DNA of 64,000 bases from Nitrospirota bacterium (GTDB lineage Bacteria > Nitrospirota > UBA9217), in NCBI GenBank assembly GCA_963741205.1, contig CAVUHW010000015.1, positions 128,001-192,000 of the forward strand, written 5' to 3'. Shown piece by piece: positions 42,325 to 55,433 of this stretch (within the stretch, counting starts at the first letter, position 1; each line of letters starts with the position of its first letter). The notes under the pieces were generated by a model, which worked only from the letters and a program-made list of their open reading frames with translations, had not been told where the DNA came from and searched no databases. The translations under genes and the position numbers were made by a program.

Positions 42325-42381
42325 TTTTCGACGTGGGAGCAGAACGGACGTTTCTCTTTTCCCTCAAGGGGCCATCGCGAT

Positions 42382-42807
42382 ATGATCGATATAACCAACG
42401 CACTCTTTTTCCAGCTCGTCAACTTCCTCGTGCTGCTCATCGTGCTGAACTTCATCCTTTTCAAGCCTATCAGACAGATCATGCAGGAGCGCGAATTGGG
42501 CATCAGCTCGGCGTTCGAGGACGCCAAGTCCGCACAGGATCGCATGCAGCAGCTCCTCGACGGATATAACACCTCCCTGTCCGAGGCCAAGCAGAAGGCA
42601 ACGACGACGTTCAACACGATTTACCAGCAGGGTCTCGATGCCCAGCGCGACATGATCGCCGCCGAGCGCGCAAAGGCCGGCGAGATGCTCGATAAGGCGC
42701 GGGCCGAGATAGCCGCCGCGTCCGCTACGGCTAAAACCGACCTCAAGAAAGAGGCGGAGCGGCTCTCGCAGGACATTACCTCCAAGCTGCTCGGAAGGGC
42801 TGTTTAG
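42382..42807 (+). CDS. ATP synthase F0 subunit b'
   Basis: QLVNFLVLLIVLNFILFKPI TM helix, coiled coil, KLLGRAV. Confidence 0.9.
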   Translation: MIDITNALFFQLVNFLVLLIVLNFILFKPIRQIMQERELGISSAFEDAKSAQDRMQQLLDGYNTSLSEAKQKATTTFNTIYQQGLDAQRDMIAAERAKAGEMLDKARAEIAAASATAKTDLKKEAERLSQDITSKLLGRAV

Positions 42808-42851
42808 AATCAGTTCAGAGTTCAAAGTCCGGAGCTCAGAGAAGAAGCCAA

Positions 42852-43445
42852 ATGATGAAAAGCCTGAAAAGAATTTTAGAGACAATATTCTGCCTGGCGG
42901 GAACCGGCATGTTCGCGGCAATGGCGTTCGCAGAGGAAGCGGGCCACGAGGGACATGAGGAAATAACCTTCCTCGGAGACTGGCTGCCGAGGATCGTCAA
43001 CTTCGCGATCATCGCCGCAATCGTGATCTATTTCGGGAGAAAGCCGGTCCGGGATTTCTTCAAAAACCGTTCGGCCGAAATAGCGAAGGCGATGCAGGAA
43101 TCGAAGGAAGCACGCGAGCGCGCCGAGGCCGCCCTTGCCGAAATGGAGCGCAAGATCAAGGAACTCGAGGCAGAGACGGCAAGGATGGTCGCCGACGCGA
43201 AAGAGCGGGGCGAGAAAGACCGGCAAGCGCTCATTGACGAGGGCAAGAAGGTGGCCCAGGACGTTCAGGTCCAGGTGAAGCAGGGCATCGATATCGAAGT
43301 TCAAAAAGCGAAGGCAGCACTCGCAGTAGAGGCATCGCTCCTCTCCATCGACCTCGCGGAAGGCAGGATCAAGAAAACGATCAGCAGCCAGGACCAGGAG
43401 CGGATCGTGAAGGAATACATCACCAAAGTGGGAGGCAAGGGTTGA
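42852..43445 (+). CDS. atpF: ATP synthase F0 subunit b
   Basis: RIVNFAII...KPVRDFFKNR, coiled coil. Confidence 0.9.
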   Translation: MMKSLKRILETIFCLAGTGMFAAMAFAEEAGHEGHEEITFLGDWLPRIVNFAIIAAIVIYFGRKPVRDFFKNRSAEIAKAMQESKEARERAEAALAEMERKIKELEAETARMVADAKERGEKDRQALIDEGKKVAQDVQVQVKQGIDIEVQKAKAALAVEASLLSIDLAEGRIKKTISSQDQERIVKEYITKVGGKG

Positions 43446-43978
43446 TTCGGATCATCGCCAAACGATACGCCAAGGCCCTCGTTCAGCTCGCCGAGGAAAA
43501 GAAGACCGTCGACCAGACCAGGGCCGACCTGGCCGCCTTTGTCGGCGCCGTGGAAACGCTGCCGGCCTTACAAAAGCTCTTCACCAGTCCCGTATTCACG
43601 TCCGAGAACAAGAGAGCGGTTATCAGGGAGCTGGCGGGGAATCTCAATCTGCAGCAGTCGACGCAGCGGTTCGTGGAGCACCTGGCGGAAACAGGCAGGA
43701 TCAGATACGTCAAAGACGTGCATGAGGCGTTTCTGGACATTCTTGCCGAGCGCCTAAACCGCGCCAGCGTGCGGCTTACCACTGCGGCGGCCATTAACCC
43801 GGCCGACCTTGCGGACATCAAGAAAAAGCTTGAGATGCTCACCGGCAAGCAGGTGGACATCGACTCCAGCATCGATGCGACCCTGATCGGCGGGGCGAAG
43901 GCCCAGATAGGGAGCACCATTTACGACGGGACAATCAAGAACCAGCTCAACAAGATGCGCATGAAACTGGTGAACTAG
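43442..43978 (+). CDS. atpH: ATP synthase F1 subunit delta
   Basis: IAKRYAKAL, LIGG..QIGSTIYDGTIKNQL. Confidence 0.93.
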   Translation: MIRIIAKRYAKALVQLAEEKKTVDQTRADLAAFVGAVETLPALQKLFTSPVFTSENKRAVIRELAGNLNLQQSTQRFVEHLAETGRIRYVKDVHEAFLDILAERLNRASVRLTTAAAINPADLADIKKKLEMLTGKQVDIDSSIDATLIGGAKAQIGSTIYDGTIKNQLNKMRMKLVN

Positions 43979-44004
43979 TTTCTCATAAGTCCTTTCTTTT
44001 TGCG

Positions 44005-44067
44005 GTCATTCCGGGCTTGACCCGGAATCCATTTTCCCAATTGGCTTCCCGCTTTCGCGGGAATGAC
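44005..44067. repeat. REP-like double palindrome between atpH and atpA
   Basis: gtcattccgggcttgacccggaatcc ... ttcccgctttcgcgggaatgac. Confidence 0.75.
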
Positions 44068-44097
44068 AGCATAAGAAAGATTGTCATAGCCAGCTAA

Positions 44098-45633
<1,536 letters not shown>

Positions 45634-45696
45634 TCAGTTTAGAGTTTGTTGTTTATGGTTTGTAGGTAACGATAAACACGAAACTTAAAGGTCAAC

Positions 45697-46563
45697 ATGC
45701 CTAGCTTACGAGATATTAAAAGAAAGATCACGAGCGTCAAGAAGACCCAGCAAATCACCAAGGCCATGAAGATGGTGGCTGCGGCGAAGCTGCGGAGGGC
45801 TCAGGAGCGCGTGATCTCGGCGCGGCCCTATTCGCGCAAGATGCTCGCAGTGATCGCAAACCTGGCGGGCCGCGTGGAGCGCGCACAGCACCCGCTCCTC
45901 GCAAAGCGCGTGCCCAAGCAGGTAAAGCTAATGGTCCTCACCTCGGACCGGGGACTGTGCGGCGCCTACAATACGAATATTTTACGCAAGGCCGTCGAGA
46001 CGGTCAGGCAGTTCAAGGCCGACGGCAAGGAAGTAAAGGTGAATGTCGTCGGACGTAAGGGACGCGACTTCTTCCGGAAACGTTCGGCGTACACGCTCGG
46101 TAAGGTGTGGTCGGAACTCGGCACGATCGACTACGACAAGGCTGCCGACGTCGGCAAGAACATCGTCGAGCGTTTTACCGCGGGCGAGACCGACGAGGTG
46201 TACCTGCTCTATAACGAGTTCAAGAGCGTCATGCAGCAGAAAGTCACTCTCGAGAAACTCCTGCCGGTGGAGCCGCCCGAGGAGGCGGACCCCTTCATGG
46301 CGGCCGTAGACTACCTCTATGAACCGACGCCGGAGGCGATCCTGGATTCCATTCTGCCGAAGCATATCGAGGTGCAGGTGTACCGCGCGATGCTGGAGAG
46401 CCAGGCGAGCGAGATGGGGGCGCGCATGACGGCGATGGACTCTGCTACCCGGAACGCCAAGGACATGATCGAGCGGCTCACGCTGAAGTTCAACAAGCAG
46501 CGCCAGGCCGCGATTACCAAGGAAATCTCCGAGATCGTCGGCGGCGCGGAAGCGTTGAAATAA
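45697..46563 (+). CDS. atpG: ATP synthase F1 subunit gamma
   Basis: QITKAMKMVAAAK, DRGLCG, ARMTAM, RQAAITKEISEI. Confidence 0.98.
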   Translation: MPSLRDIKRKITSVKKTQQITKAMKMVAAAKLRRAQERVISARPYSRKMLAVIANLAGRVERAQHPLLAKRVPKQVKLMVLTSDRGLCGAYNTNILRKAVETVRQFKADGKEVKVNVVGRKGRDFFRKRSAYTLGKVWSELGTIDYDKAADVGKNIVERFTAGETDEVYLLYNEFKSVMQQKVTLEKLLPVEPPEEADPFMAAVDYLYEPTPEAILDSILPKHIEVQVYRAMLESQASEMGARMTAMDSATRNAKDMIERLTLKFNKQRQAAITKEISEIVGGAEALK

Positions 46564-46567
46564 ACCC

Positions 46568-48087
<1,520 letters not shown>

Positions 48088-48104
48088 AATCCGAAAAGCC
48101 TTCA

Positions 48105-48177
48105 GCCACGAAGGCACGAAGACGCTAAGAACGTCATGTGCCGGATGAACTACTTCGTGTCTTGGTGCCTTCGTGGT
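48105..48177. repeat. Octamer periodic palindrome between atpD and atpC
   Basis: cacgaagg cacgaaga cgctaaga / cttcgtgt cttggtgc cttcgtgg. Confidence 0.8.
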
Positions 48178-48224
48178 AGAGGTCGTTGATAACGAAATTG
48201 AGCGCAGAGGAACGGAAAAATATC

Positions 48225-48650
48225 ATGGTCGCTGAAAAAGGGAAAATGCTCCTTGAGATTGTTGCGCCGAGCCGTCAGGTGGTCAGGTCGGAGCGCGTGG
48301 ACGAGGTGATCGCCCCGGGGAGCGAGGGCGAGTTCGGCGTGCTGCCGGGCCACACACCGTTTCTGACCACGCTCAAGGTCGGCATGCTTTCTTACCGCGA
48401 GGGCGCCGAATGGCATCACCTTGCGGTCGAGTGGGGATATGCCGAGGTTGGCGCCGACCGGGTCGTCATCCTTGCCGAAGGCGCTGACCGGGCGTCGGAA
48501 ATAGACCTTACCGAGGCGAGGCTCGCCAAGGAGCGCGCGGAAAAGGCGCTCGCCGAGAAACTGGAACATACGGATTATGAAAAGGCACGCATCGATCTCT
48601 TGAGGGCGATGATCCGGATCCAGGTGGCCGAGAAGCACGGCCAGAAGTAA
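48225..48650 (+). CDS. atpC: ATP synthase F1 subunit epsilon
   Basis: LEIVAP, PGSEGEFGVLPGHTP, GYAEV. Confidence 0.95.
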   Translation: MVAEKGKMLLEIVAPSRQVVRSERVDEVIAPGSEGEFGVLPGHTPFLTTLKVGMLSYREGAEWHHLAVEWGYAEVGADRVVILAEGADRASEIDLTEARLAKERAEKALAEKLEHTDYEKARIDLLRAMIRIQVAEKHGQK

Positions 48651-48681
48651 GCTTGAGCAATCAGGACAGAAGCGTTTCGTG

Positions 48682-48712
48682 AAAGGCAGCCCTCCAGGGT
48701 CTGCCTTTTTTT
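48682..48712 (+). terminator. Intrinsic terminator of the atp operon
   Basis: aaaggcag-ccc...ggg-t-ctgccttt plus U-tract. Confidence 0.8.
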
Positions 48713-48748
48713 ATCCGTGTCGTATGAGGCATGGCAGGCGGAAAAGTC

Positions 48749-48785
48749 TTGACATCCGCGCTGTATTACTTTATAATCATTCCAA
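48749..48785 (+). promoter_or_regulatory. Consensus sigma70 promoter overlapped by a Per/Fur-type box
   Basis: TTGACA-N17-TATAAT; ttataatcattccaa (48771-48785) versus Per box TTATAATnATTATAA. Confidence 0.75.
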
Positions 48786-48790
48786 ACAAA

Positions 48791-49225
48791 ATGCTAACAA
48801 CGAAGACAAAACAGGCGCGGCAGCAGGACAAGGCAGTGTGCTTCAAGCGGACCCCTCAGCGGCTTGCCATCCTCGAGTATCTTAAGGGAAACACCTCTCA
48901 TCCCTCGGCCGAGGAAATCTACCGTGCCGTGGGGAAGAAATACGAGTCCATGTCGTTCGCGACCGTGTATAATACTCTTCACGCGCTGACGCGGGCGGGG
49001 GCGCTTCGGGAACTCACCATCGATCCCGAGAGAAAACGGTACGACCCCGATACCAGCCGGCACCATCATCTGATCTGCATCGCCTGCGGAAAAATATTCG
49101 ATGTCCCGGACGAGCTTCGCGTGGACCTGCCGAAGTCCATGGAGGGGGATTTTACCGTGATCGGGAACCACGTTGAATTTTACGGTCACTGCTCTCTCTG
49201 CGGAATGAAACGGAAAGCGCCGTGA
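48791..49225 (+). CDS. perR: Fur-family regulator, PerR-like
   Basis: TPQRLAIL, HPSAEEIY, ATVYNTL, HHHLICIAC, FYGHCSLC; upstream of fprA-rubredoxin. Confidence 0.8.
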   Translation: MLTTKTKQARQQDKAVCFKRTPQRLAILEYLKGNTSHPSAEEIYRAVGKKYESMSFATVYNTLHALTRAGALRELTIDPERKRYDPDTSRHHHLICIACGKIFDVPDELRVDLPKSMEGDFTVIGNHVEFYGHCSLCGMKRKAP

Positions 49226-49309
49226 AGATACAGCGCTGAATTCTCAGTTCGAAATCCTCACTACTATCAAATTTCAAAGTTCAATTTCAATTATCATCAG
49301 GAGTCTGCC

Positions 49310-50554
49310 ATGCGCGCGATAGAAATCAAACCGGATATTTACTGGGTGGGGGCGATCGACTGGGCGGTCCGCGATTTTCACGGGTATATCACGCCCAACG
49401 GGACGACCTACAACAACTATCTCATCCTCGACCAGCACGTGACGCTCATTGACACGGTGAAGCACGATTTCGGCGAGTATACCGTCGACAACATCAAAAG
49501 CCTGGTGGACCCCGGGAAGATCGAAAACGTCGTCATCAACCACATCGAAAACGATCATGCCTCAAGCCTCGACCGCATCATGGCGCTCTGCCCGAATGCC
49601 ACGATCTTTATCTCTGATCGGGGTAAAAAGGCCCTGGACCGGTTTTTCGACACTGCACGCTGGAAGTTCCAGATCGTGAAGACCGGACACACCCTCTCGA
49701 CCGGATCGAAGACGATCACCTTTCTCGAAACGCCGATGCTTCACTGGCCGGACTCCATGATGAGCTACGTGAAGGAAGACAAGCTCCTCATAAGCCAGGA
49801 CGCGTTCGGCCAGCACCTCGCCTCATCAGCCCGCTTCGACGACGAATACTGCGACCAGTACTCGGTTACGGCGCTGGAGCACGCGGTCAGGGACTACTAC
49901 GCGAACATCCTGATGCCCTTCGGCGCACTCATCAAGGCAAAGCTCGCCGAGGTCAAGAAACTGGGCCTGGAGATCGACATGATTGCTCCGGACCACGGCA
50001 TCATCTGGAGGAGGGACCCTGCCAAGATCCTGCAGATGTACCTCGACATGGCGAACGACAAGGCCGACCTTCGGATCGTGATCGTGTACGACACCATGTG
50101 GCACTCCACCGAGCACATGACCATCCCCCTCATGCAGGGCATCAAGTCGGCAGGGGTCGATGTGGATGTTCTCAAGCTCAGGTCCACTCCCATGAGCGTC
50201 GCTATTAAGCGGGTGTGGGAGTCGCGGGCCATGCTCGTCGGGACGCCGACCTTGAACAATATCATGTTCCCGACCGTTGCCGAGTTTTTGACCCACCTCC
50301 GGGGGCTCCGGCCCAAGAACCGGATGGCCGCGGCCTTCGGAAGCTTCGGATGGGGCGGCGGCGCGGTGAAGGAGGCCTACGAAGCGTTCAAGAAAATGGG
50401 GCTTGAGGTCGTCGAACCCGGCGTCGAGGTTCTCTACCGGCCGAGCGAGGACGATGACCGCAAGTGCTACGAATTCGGCAGGCAGTTCGCGGAAAAGGTG
50501 AAGGAGTATCAGAAGAAGTTCGACGGCAGCCTGTCGGGCGAATGCAGGTCTTAG
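49310..50554 (+). CDS. fprA: Flavodiiron protein (O2/NO reductase)
   Basis: [32 protein letters not shown], flavodoxin domain. Confidence 0.95.
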   Translation: MRAIEIKPDIYWVGAIDWAVRDFHGYITPNGTTYNNYLILDQHVTLIDTVKHDFGEYTVDNIKSLVDPGKIENVVINHIENDHASSLDRIMALCPNATIFISDRGKKALDRFFDTARWKFQIVKTGHTLSTGSKTITFLETPMLHWPDSMMSYVKEDKLLISQDAFGQHLASSARFDDEYCDQYSVTALEHAVRDYYANILMPFGALIKAKLAEVKKLGLEIDMIAPDHGIIWRRDPAKILQMYLDMANDKADLRIVIVYDTMWHSTEHMTIPLMQGIKSAGVDVDVLKLRSTPMSVAIKRVWESRAMLVGTPTLNNIMFPTVAEFLTHLRGLRPKNRMAAAFGSFGWGGGAVKEAYEAFKKMGLEVVEPGVEVLYRPSEDDDRKCYEFGRQFAEKVKEYQKKFDGSLSGECRS

Positions 50555-50604
50555 CCTGCGGAACGAAATACTTTCCCAAAGAGCATCGAACGGAGGACGG
50601 AAAT

Positions 50605-50733
50605 ATGTGGAGATGCACCATATGCGGTTACATCTATGACGATGCCCAGGAGGGGAAGAAGTTTGAGGACCTTCCCGACGACTGGTACTGTCCGGTCTGC
50701 AACGCCCCCAAAGACGCTTTTGTGCAGATGTAA
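50605..50733 (+). CDS. Rubredoxin (42 aa)
   Basis: CTICGYIYD...[13 protein letters not shown]; SD ggagg. Confidence 0.92.
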   Translation: MWRCTICGYIYDDAQEGKKFEDLPDDWYCPVCNAPKDAFVQM

Positions 50734-50753
50734 CGAGCCGGTTTTTATCACCG

Positions 50754-50778
50754 AAAGGCGGCCGCACGGCCGCCTTTT
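50754..50778 (+). terminator. Intrinsic terminator after rubredoxin
   Basis: aaaggcggccg-ca-cggccgccttt. Confidence 0.75.
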
Positions 50779-50943
50779 CTGTTACGGTTATCCTCAATTC
50801 TCACGGCAATTGCTTTAACTCTTGCCTTTTCCCCTCGTTTATACTATTCTTTTTTCCGGCGGCCCTGATCCACAACTTCCCTCGCGGTTATGATCGGTCC
50901 TTGGGATCAGCAGGCCGGAGCGTGTTTACCGAGGAGCAGACTA

Positions 50944-51651
50944 ATGCCTGACGAACGGAAAAAGAGCGTCAAGGAATGGCCCGAAGATGAACAACCGAGG
51001 GAACGGCTGATGAAATACGGCGCCGGCACCCTTTCTGACGCGCAGCTTCTTGCAATTATAATCCGGAACGGCAGGGATGGGCGCTCTTCGGTGGATCTGG
51101 GTATTGAACTGCTTGACAAATTCGAGAGCCTTGAAGGGATTGCGCAGGCAGGCTTCGATGAGATTTGCGGGAAGCATGGCGTCAAGGGCATCGGTAAAGC
51201 GAAAGCCACGGAGATCAAGGCCGCAATCGAACTGGGAAGGCGGCACCAGAAGCCAAGCCTGGCCGGCGCGTCGTTCTGCTCGAGCGGGGACGTCGTCTCG
51301 TACTATCAGCCGCGGATGAAGGACCTCAAGAAAGAGATGTTCCGGTGCGCGCTGCTCGACACGAAGAACAAGATCATCAGGGACGAGGTCGTCTCGATCG
51401 GCAGCCTGACCGCTTCCATTGTCCACCCCCGCGATACCTTCAAGGCCGCGATCCGCGAGTCGGCCGCGGCCGTCATCTTCATCCACAACCACCCGAGCGG
51501 AGACATCAAGCCGAGCCAGGAGGACATCCTCCTGACCCGGCGACTGGTCCAGGCCGGAGAGGTGCTCGGCATTCAGGTGCTCGACCACATCATCATCGGC
51601 GACGGGAGCCACTTCAGCTTCCGGGACAACGGGCTGATGCAGCGACCCTGA
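50944..51651 (+). CDS. radC: RadC (JAB domain) protein
   Basis: PRERL, LSDAQLLAII, GIGKAKA, VHPRD, HNHPSGD..PSQED, LDHIIIG. Confidence 0.95.
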   Translation: MPDERKKSVKEWPEDEQPRERLMKYGAGTLSDAQLLAIIIRNGRDGRSSVDLGIELLDKFESLEGIAQAGFDEICGKHGVKGIGKAKATEIKAAIELGRRHQKPSLAGASFCSSGDVVSYYQPRMKDLKKEMFRCALLDTKNKIIRDEVVSIGSLTASIVHPRDTFKAAIRESAAAVIFIHNHPSGDIKPSQEDILLTRRLVQAGEVLGIQVLDHIIIGDGSHFSFRDNGLMQRP

Positions 51652-51766
51652 TCTCATCTGAAAAAGAAGCCGCAAACTTCAGCTTGCGCGGTTTATTTAC
51701 GCGTTACCGGCGCCCCGCGAAGCGGGTCGGCTGCCGAGACGGGACAATTGCAATGAGCTCCAGATT

Positions 51767-53029
51767 ATGCCTATGCGCGAACAAAAGGTCATTATAATCG
51801 TCGTTGTCAGCGCCGCGCTTCTGCTGTCAATCACGGTCCTGTTTCTTGCCAGTGTCGTGAGGAGGGTCCACCACAAGGAGAAGTACCGGCGCCTGGACCG
51901 CCTGCGGACCTTCTTCGAAAGAAAGCTCATTGCCGACCTCTCTGCGGGCGGCGCGGATCTCGTCACCGAGGATTACCGGACGCATCCCGGGTCCCTCGAG
52001 TGGCAGGCCTTGGAAGACGTTCTTTTCCTGCTGATTGACGAAGAACGATACCGGGGCGAGGTCAAGAGGCTGTTCCTCGGTCTCGGCTACGTTGCGTATT
52101 ATGAAGACGGGCTTGCGAGCAGGAACCGGATCGTGAAGGAGTCCGCCATCGACAAGCTCGGAAGGATGGAGAACGAATCGTCGGCGCTCAAGCTTTTCCC
52201 TCTCCTGGATGATACGGACCCCGGCATCCTGTCCGTTACCGTGCGCGCGTTGAGCAAGATAGGCTCCCGGGAAGCCCTTCGGAGGGTCGTGGAAAAACTG
52301 CCCCGTTTGCTGGGGCAGTCCCTCGTAGCCGGGAAGGCGATGGAAACCGCGCTCCTGAATTTCGATGCAGCCGCCGTGCCCGTCCTGATCGAACAGCTTG
52401 GCGAGCATCGCGAGCCGCTGGTTGTTTCCACCGTGCTCGAAATTCTTTCCCGCTTCCCTCCCGAATCGCGGGCGGTTTTTCTGGCTATCGAGCACCTGAA
52501 CGACGCGGACCCCGAGGTCAGGAGCAGGGCGCTGAAGGTGGTGGGCCGTGCTGAAAAGAACCTTCCGCAGCATCTGCCTTCGCTCATCATTCCGCTCCTC
52601 TCCGACCCGGTGTGGTTCGTGCGGCTCCAGGCAATCAAGGCGGCAAGGGCGCTCGGTTGCGAACAGGCGGCCGGGCCGCTCGGCAAGCTGCTCTTCGACG
52701 AAAACTGGCAGGTGAGAAGCGGGGCGGCCCTGGCCCTGACGGGACTCGGCGACTGCGCCGTCGAGGTCTTCCTCGACGCGCTCACGATGTATGCCGCTGA
52801 GACCAAAGAGGACGTCTGCGAGGAGATCGAGAAGACGGGTTTCACCCGCAGGCTGATCGAAAACCTGGTCAGCCGCGACGTTACGGTGCGCATGAAATCC
52901 CGCGAGATCCTTTCTCTCATGATCGCCCACGGGTTCTCGGCGCCCCTCGTCGAGTATCTCAAAAACGGAGAGGATGAGCAATCCAGGCAGGTCATACGGG
53001 AAATCCTGGCGGAAGGAGACGCGCGATGA
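51767..53029 (+). CDS. Membrane-anchored HEAT-repeat protein
   Basis: N-terminal TM; repeated D.D..VR..A..AL motifs; overlaps the GT2 start. Confidence 0.8.
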   Translation: MPMREQKVIIIVVVSAALLLSITVLFLASVVRRVHHKEKYRRLDRLRTFFERKLIADLSAGGADLVTEDYRTHPGSLEWQALEDVLFLLIDEERYRGEVKRLFLGLGYVAYYEDGLASRNRIVKESAIDKLGRMENESSALKLFPLLDDTDPGILSVTVRALSKIGSREALRRVVEKLPRLLGQSLVAGKAMETALLNFDAAAVPVLIEQLGEHREPLVVSTVLEILSRFPPESRAVFLAIEHLNDADPEVRSRALKVVGRAEKNLPQHLPSLIIPLLSDPVWFVRLQAIKAARALGCEQAAGPLGKLLFDENWQVRSGAALALTGLGDCAVEVFLDALTMYAAETKEDVCEEIEKTGFTRRLIENLVSRDVTVRMKSREILSLMIAHGFSAPLVEYLKNGEDEQSRQVIREILAEGDAR

Positions 53030-54456
53030 AGAGCGCGGTGATCCTGTTCATCCTGGGGTTCAACTATTTTGTCGGGGTCTATTTCGCGGTCATCAACGCC
53101 TTCTATACGATGCTCCTGGGCGTCTCGCTCATCGTCATCCTGCGGCACATCCGCCGGATCAAGTACGCGCCGGTCAGGGATTACCGCGCCTCCCCCGAGA
53201 CCCCTCCCGTGTCCATCATCATCCCCGTTTTTAACGAAGAGCACGTCGTCATCAAGAGCATCCGCTCGGCCCTGGCCGCGAATTACCCGTCGTTCGAAGT
53301 GATCGTGGTGAACGACGGGTCCACGGACAAGACGCTCCTGACCGTGATTGACGCCTTCGGGATGACCAGGGTCGACCGGGTGAACCGCGGCTCTCTCGGG
53401 ACCCGGACCGTCAGGGGTTACTATGCCGGCGCGGGCACGCCGAACCTCCTCGTGATCGACAAGGAGAACGGCGGGAAGTCCGATGCCATGAACTGCGGGA
53501 TCAACGCGTCGAGCTGCCCCTACTTCTGCTCCGTAGACGCCGATTCCCTGATCGAGCGCGACGCGCTCATGAGGCTCATGGTCCCGGTGATCGAAAGCAA
53601 CGTTCCGGTGATCGCCTGCGGAGGGGTCGTGCGCGTGCTGAACGGGGTGCGGGTGCGGGACGGGATCGAGATCGAGGAGATAGATCTCCCGAAAAAAGCC
53701 CTGGTGCTCTTCCAGATCGTGGAGTATTTGCGGGGCTTCCTGTTCGGGCGGGTGGGGTTCGATGCCCTGAATTCCGTGCTTATCCTTTCCGGGGCCTTTA
53801 CGCTCTTCCACAAGCCGGCGGTCCTGGAGGCGGGCGGATTCAAGGTCGGGAACGTGGCTGAAGACATGGAGATCGTCATGCGGCTGCACAAACTCCGGCT
53901 GAGCCAGGGGAAACCGTACCGGATACGATTCGTCTCGGACCCCGTCTGCTGGACCGAGGCCCCGGACAAGATAAAAATGCTCGCCAGGCAGCGCAGACGC
54001 TGGCACCTCGGGCTGATCCAGACCATCTGCCAGTACCGGGAAATGCTCTTAAACCGGCGCTACGGCAGGATCGGCCTGTTCACCATGCCCTACTATGTGT
54101 TCTTCGAGATCCTGGGCCCTGTCGTCGAGATGACCGGGTACGTCGTGGTGCCCTGCTCCTATTTCCTGGGGCTGCTCGATCTCCAGTTTCTTCTGCTCTT
54201 TATCGTCCTTGCCCTGTTCTACGGCGTGTTCCTGTCCACGGCCGGAATTTTTCTCGAAGAGCTCACGTTCCGGCGGTATCCGCGCTGGAAACACCTGTTC
54301 CGTCTGCTGATCTACGGCGTGCTGGAGAACTTCGGCTATCGCCAGATGAACGCCTTCTGGAGGATCCAGGCGCTGGTTCAATATTTCATCGGAAAGAGGA
54401 AGTGGGAGCAGGTGCAGGAAAAAGGGACGTCCGGCGTGGAAAACGGCATGAGTTGA
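53026..54456 (+). CDS. Processive GT2 glycosyltransferase (PgaC/IcaA-like)
   Basis: NDGSTD, KENGGKSDA, DAD, AEDME, QRRRW, flanking TM helices. Confidence 0.88.
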   Translation: MKSAVILFILGFNYFVGVYFAVINAFYTMLLGVSLIVILRHIRRIKYAPVRDYRASPETPPVSIIIPVFNEEHVVIKSIRSALAANYPSFEVIVVNDGSTDKTLLTVIDAFGMTRVDRVNRGSLGTRTVRGYYAGAGTPNLLVIDKENGGKSDAMNCGINASSCPYFCSVDADSLIERDALMRLMVPVIESNVPVIACGGVVRVLNGVRVRDGIEIEEIDLPKKALVLFQIVEYLRGFLFGRVGFDALNSVLILSGAFTLFHKPAVLEAGGFKVGNVAEDMEIVMRLHKLRLSQGKPYRIRFVSDPVCWTEAPDKIKMLARQRRRWHLGLIQTICQYREMLLNRRYGRIGLFTMPYYVFFEILGPVVEMTGYVVVPCSYFLGLLDLQFLLLFIVLALFYGVFLSTAGIFLEELTFRRYPRWKHLFRLLIYGVLENFGYRQMNAFWRIQALVQYFIGKRKWEQVQEKGTSGVENGMS

Positions 54457-54529
54457 CAGGTCGGCCGCCGGCGCCGCAAGGTAGTACGGTCAAGAGCAGT
54501 CACAAGTTGTTGAGTACTGCCGAACGATC

Positions 54530-55361
54530 ATGTCCAACTGCCGAGTCGACGCGCATGTACATATCCGGAGCTTAGACGCCCTCGGCGACGCAGCCGCTGC
54601 GGGGGTCACCGCCCTTCGAGACGCGGGCACGAAGAGGGGCGCGGGCCTCTCCGCATGCCGGGAGCGCGATACGAGGGCTTTCAAAGCCTGCATTTCGGCC
54701 GGGTGGGCGCTTTATAAAAAGGGAGGCTACGGGTCGTCCTTCGGCGTTTGCGTGGAAGGTCGCGGCGAGATTGCGGCGGAAATTCACAAGCTCTCGCGGG
54801 CCGGCGCAGGTATAATAAAAGTCAATGGCCTCCGGGATCGTGAGTCTTCGCAGTCCGGCCAGCATAACGCCGGGAGGATTTACGACGGATGAGCTTGCGT
54901 TCATCGTGGAAGAGGCGCGTCGCGCGGGCCTCGGAGTAATGGCCCACGCGAACGGCGAGCAGGCGATCATCGGCGCGGCGCAAGCGGGGGTTCGCTCGGT
55001 AGAGCACGGCTTTTTCATGACGAAGCGGGCGCTCGAGGAGATGGCGGCACAAGGTGTGTTCTGGACGCCGACGGTAGGGGCGCTGGCCCGGGCCGCGCAT
55101 AAAGGCGCGGCATCCGACGAGATGAAGGCATATCTAGCAGGAGTGATCGTTTCCCACTTGGAAATGATACATTACGCCCACGGCATCGGCGTCGCTCTCG
55201 CAATCGGCACGGATTGCGTCTTACCCGATCCTCGATATCAGGAAGCCTATGAGGCTGAGCTTCTGTACTTTGAACAAGCGGGGCTCTCCCGCGACAAGGT
55301 GCAAGCGATCGCCGGCGACGGCGGGGCGAGGCTGTTAAATATAGGGTCAAGTAGCAAGTAG
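54530..55361 (+). CDS. Amidohydrolase-family protein (short); frameshift ~54822
   Basis: DAHVH, GVTALRDAG, IK, MAHANG, SVEHG, IGTD. Confidence 0.75.
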
Positions 55362-55411
55362 CAAGGTTCTGTCTTCCTTGGGGCTTGACCCTTGCTACTT
55401 GACCCTTGACT
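55343..55411. repeat. Heptamer periodic palindrome overlapping the amidohydrolase stop
   Basis: agggtca agtagca agtagca / cttgacc cttgcta cttgacc cttgact. Confidence 0.8.
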
Positions 55412-55433
55412 TTGTCTTACTTCGGAGGGTCTT

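Noticed and set aside
50944-51651. radC as marker of a prophage or ICE
   Set aside because: Full-length chromosomal-type RadC with N-terminal HhH region; no mobile genes nearby.
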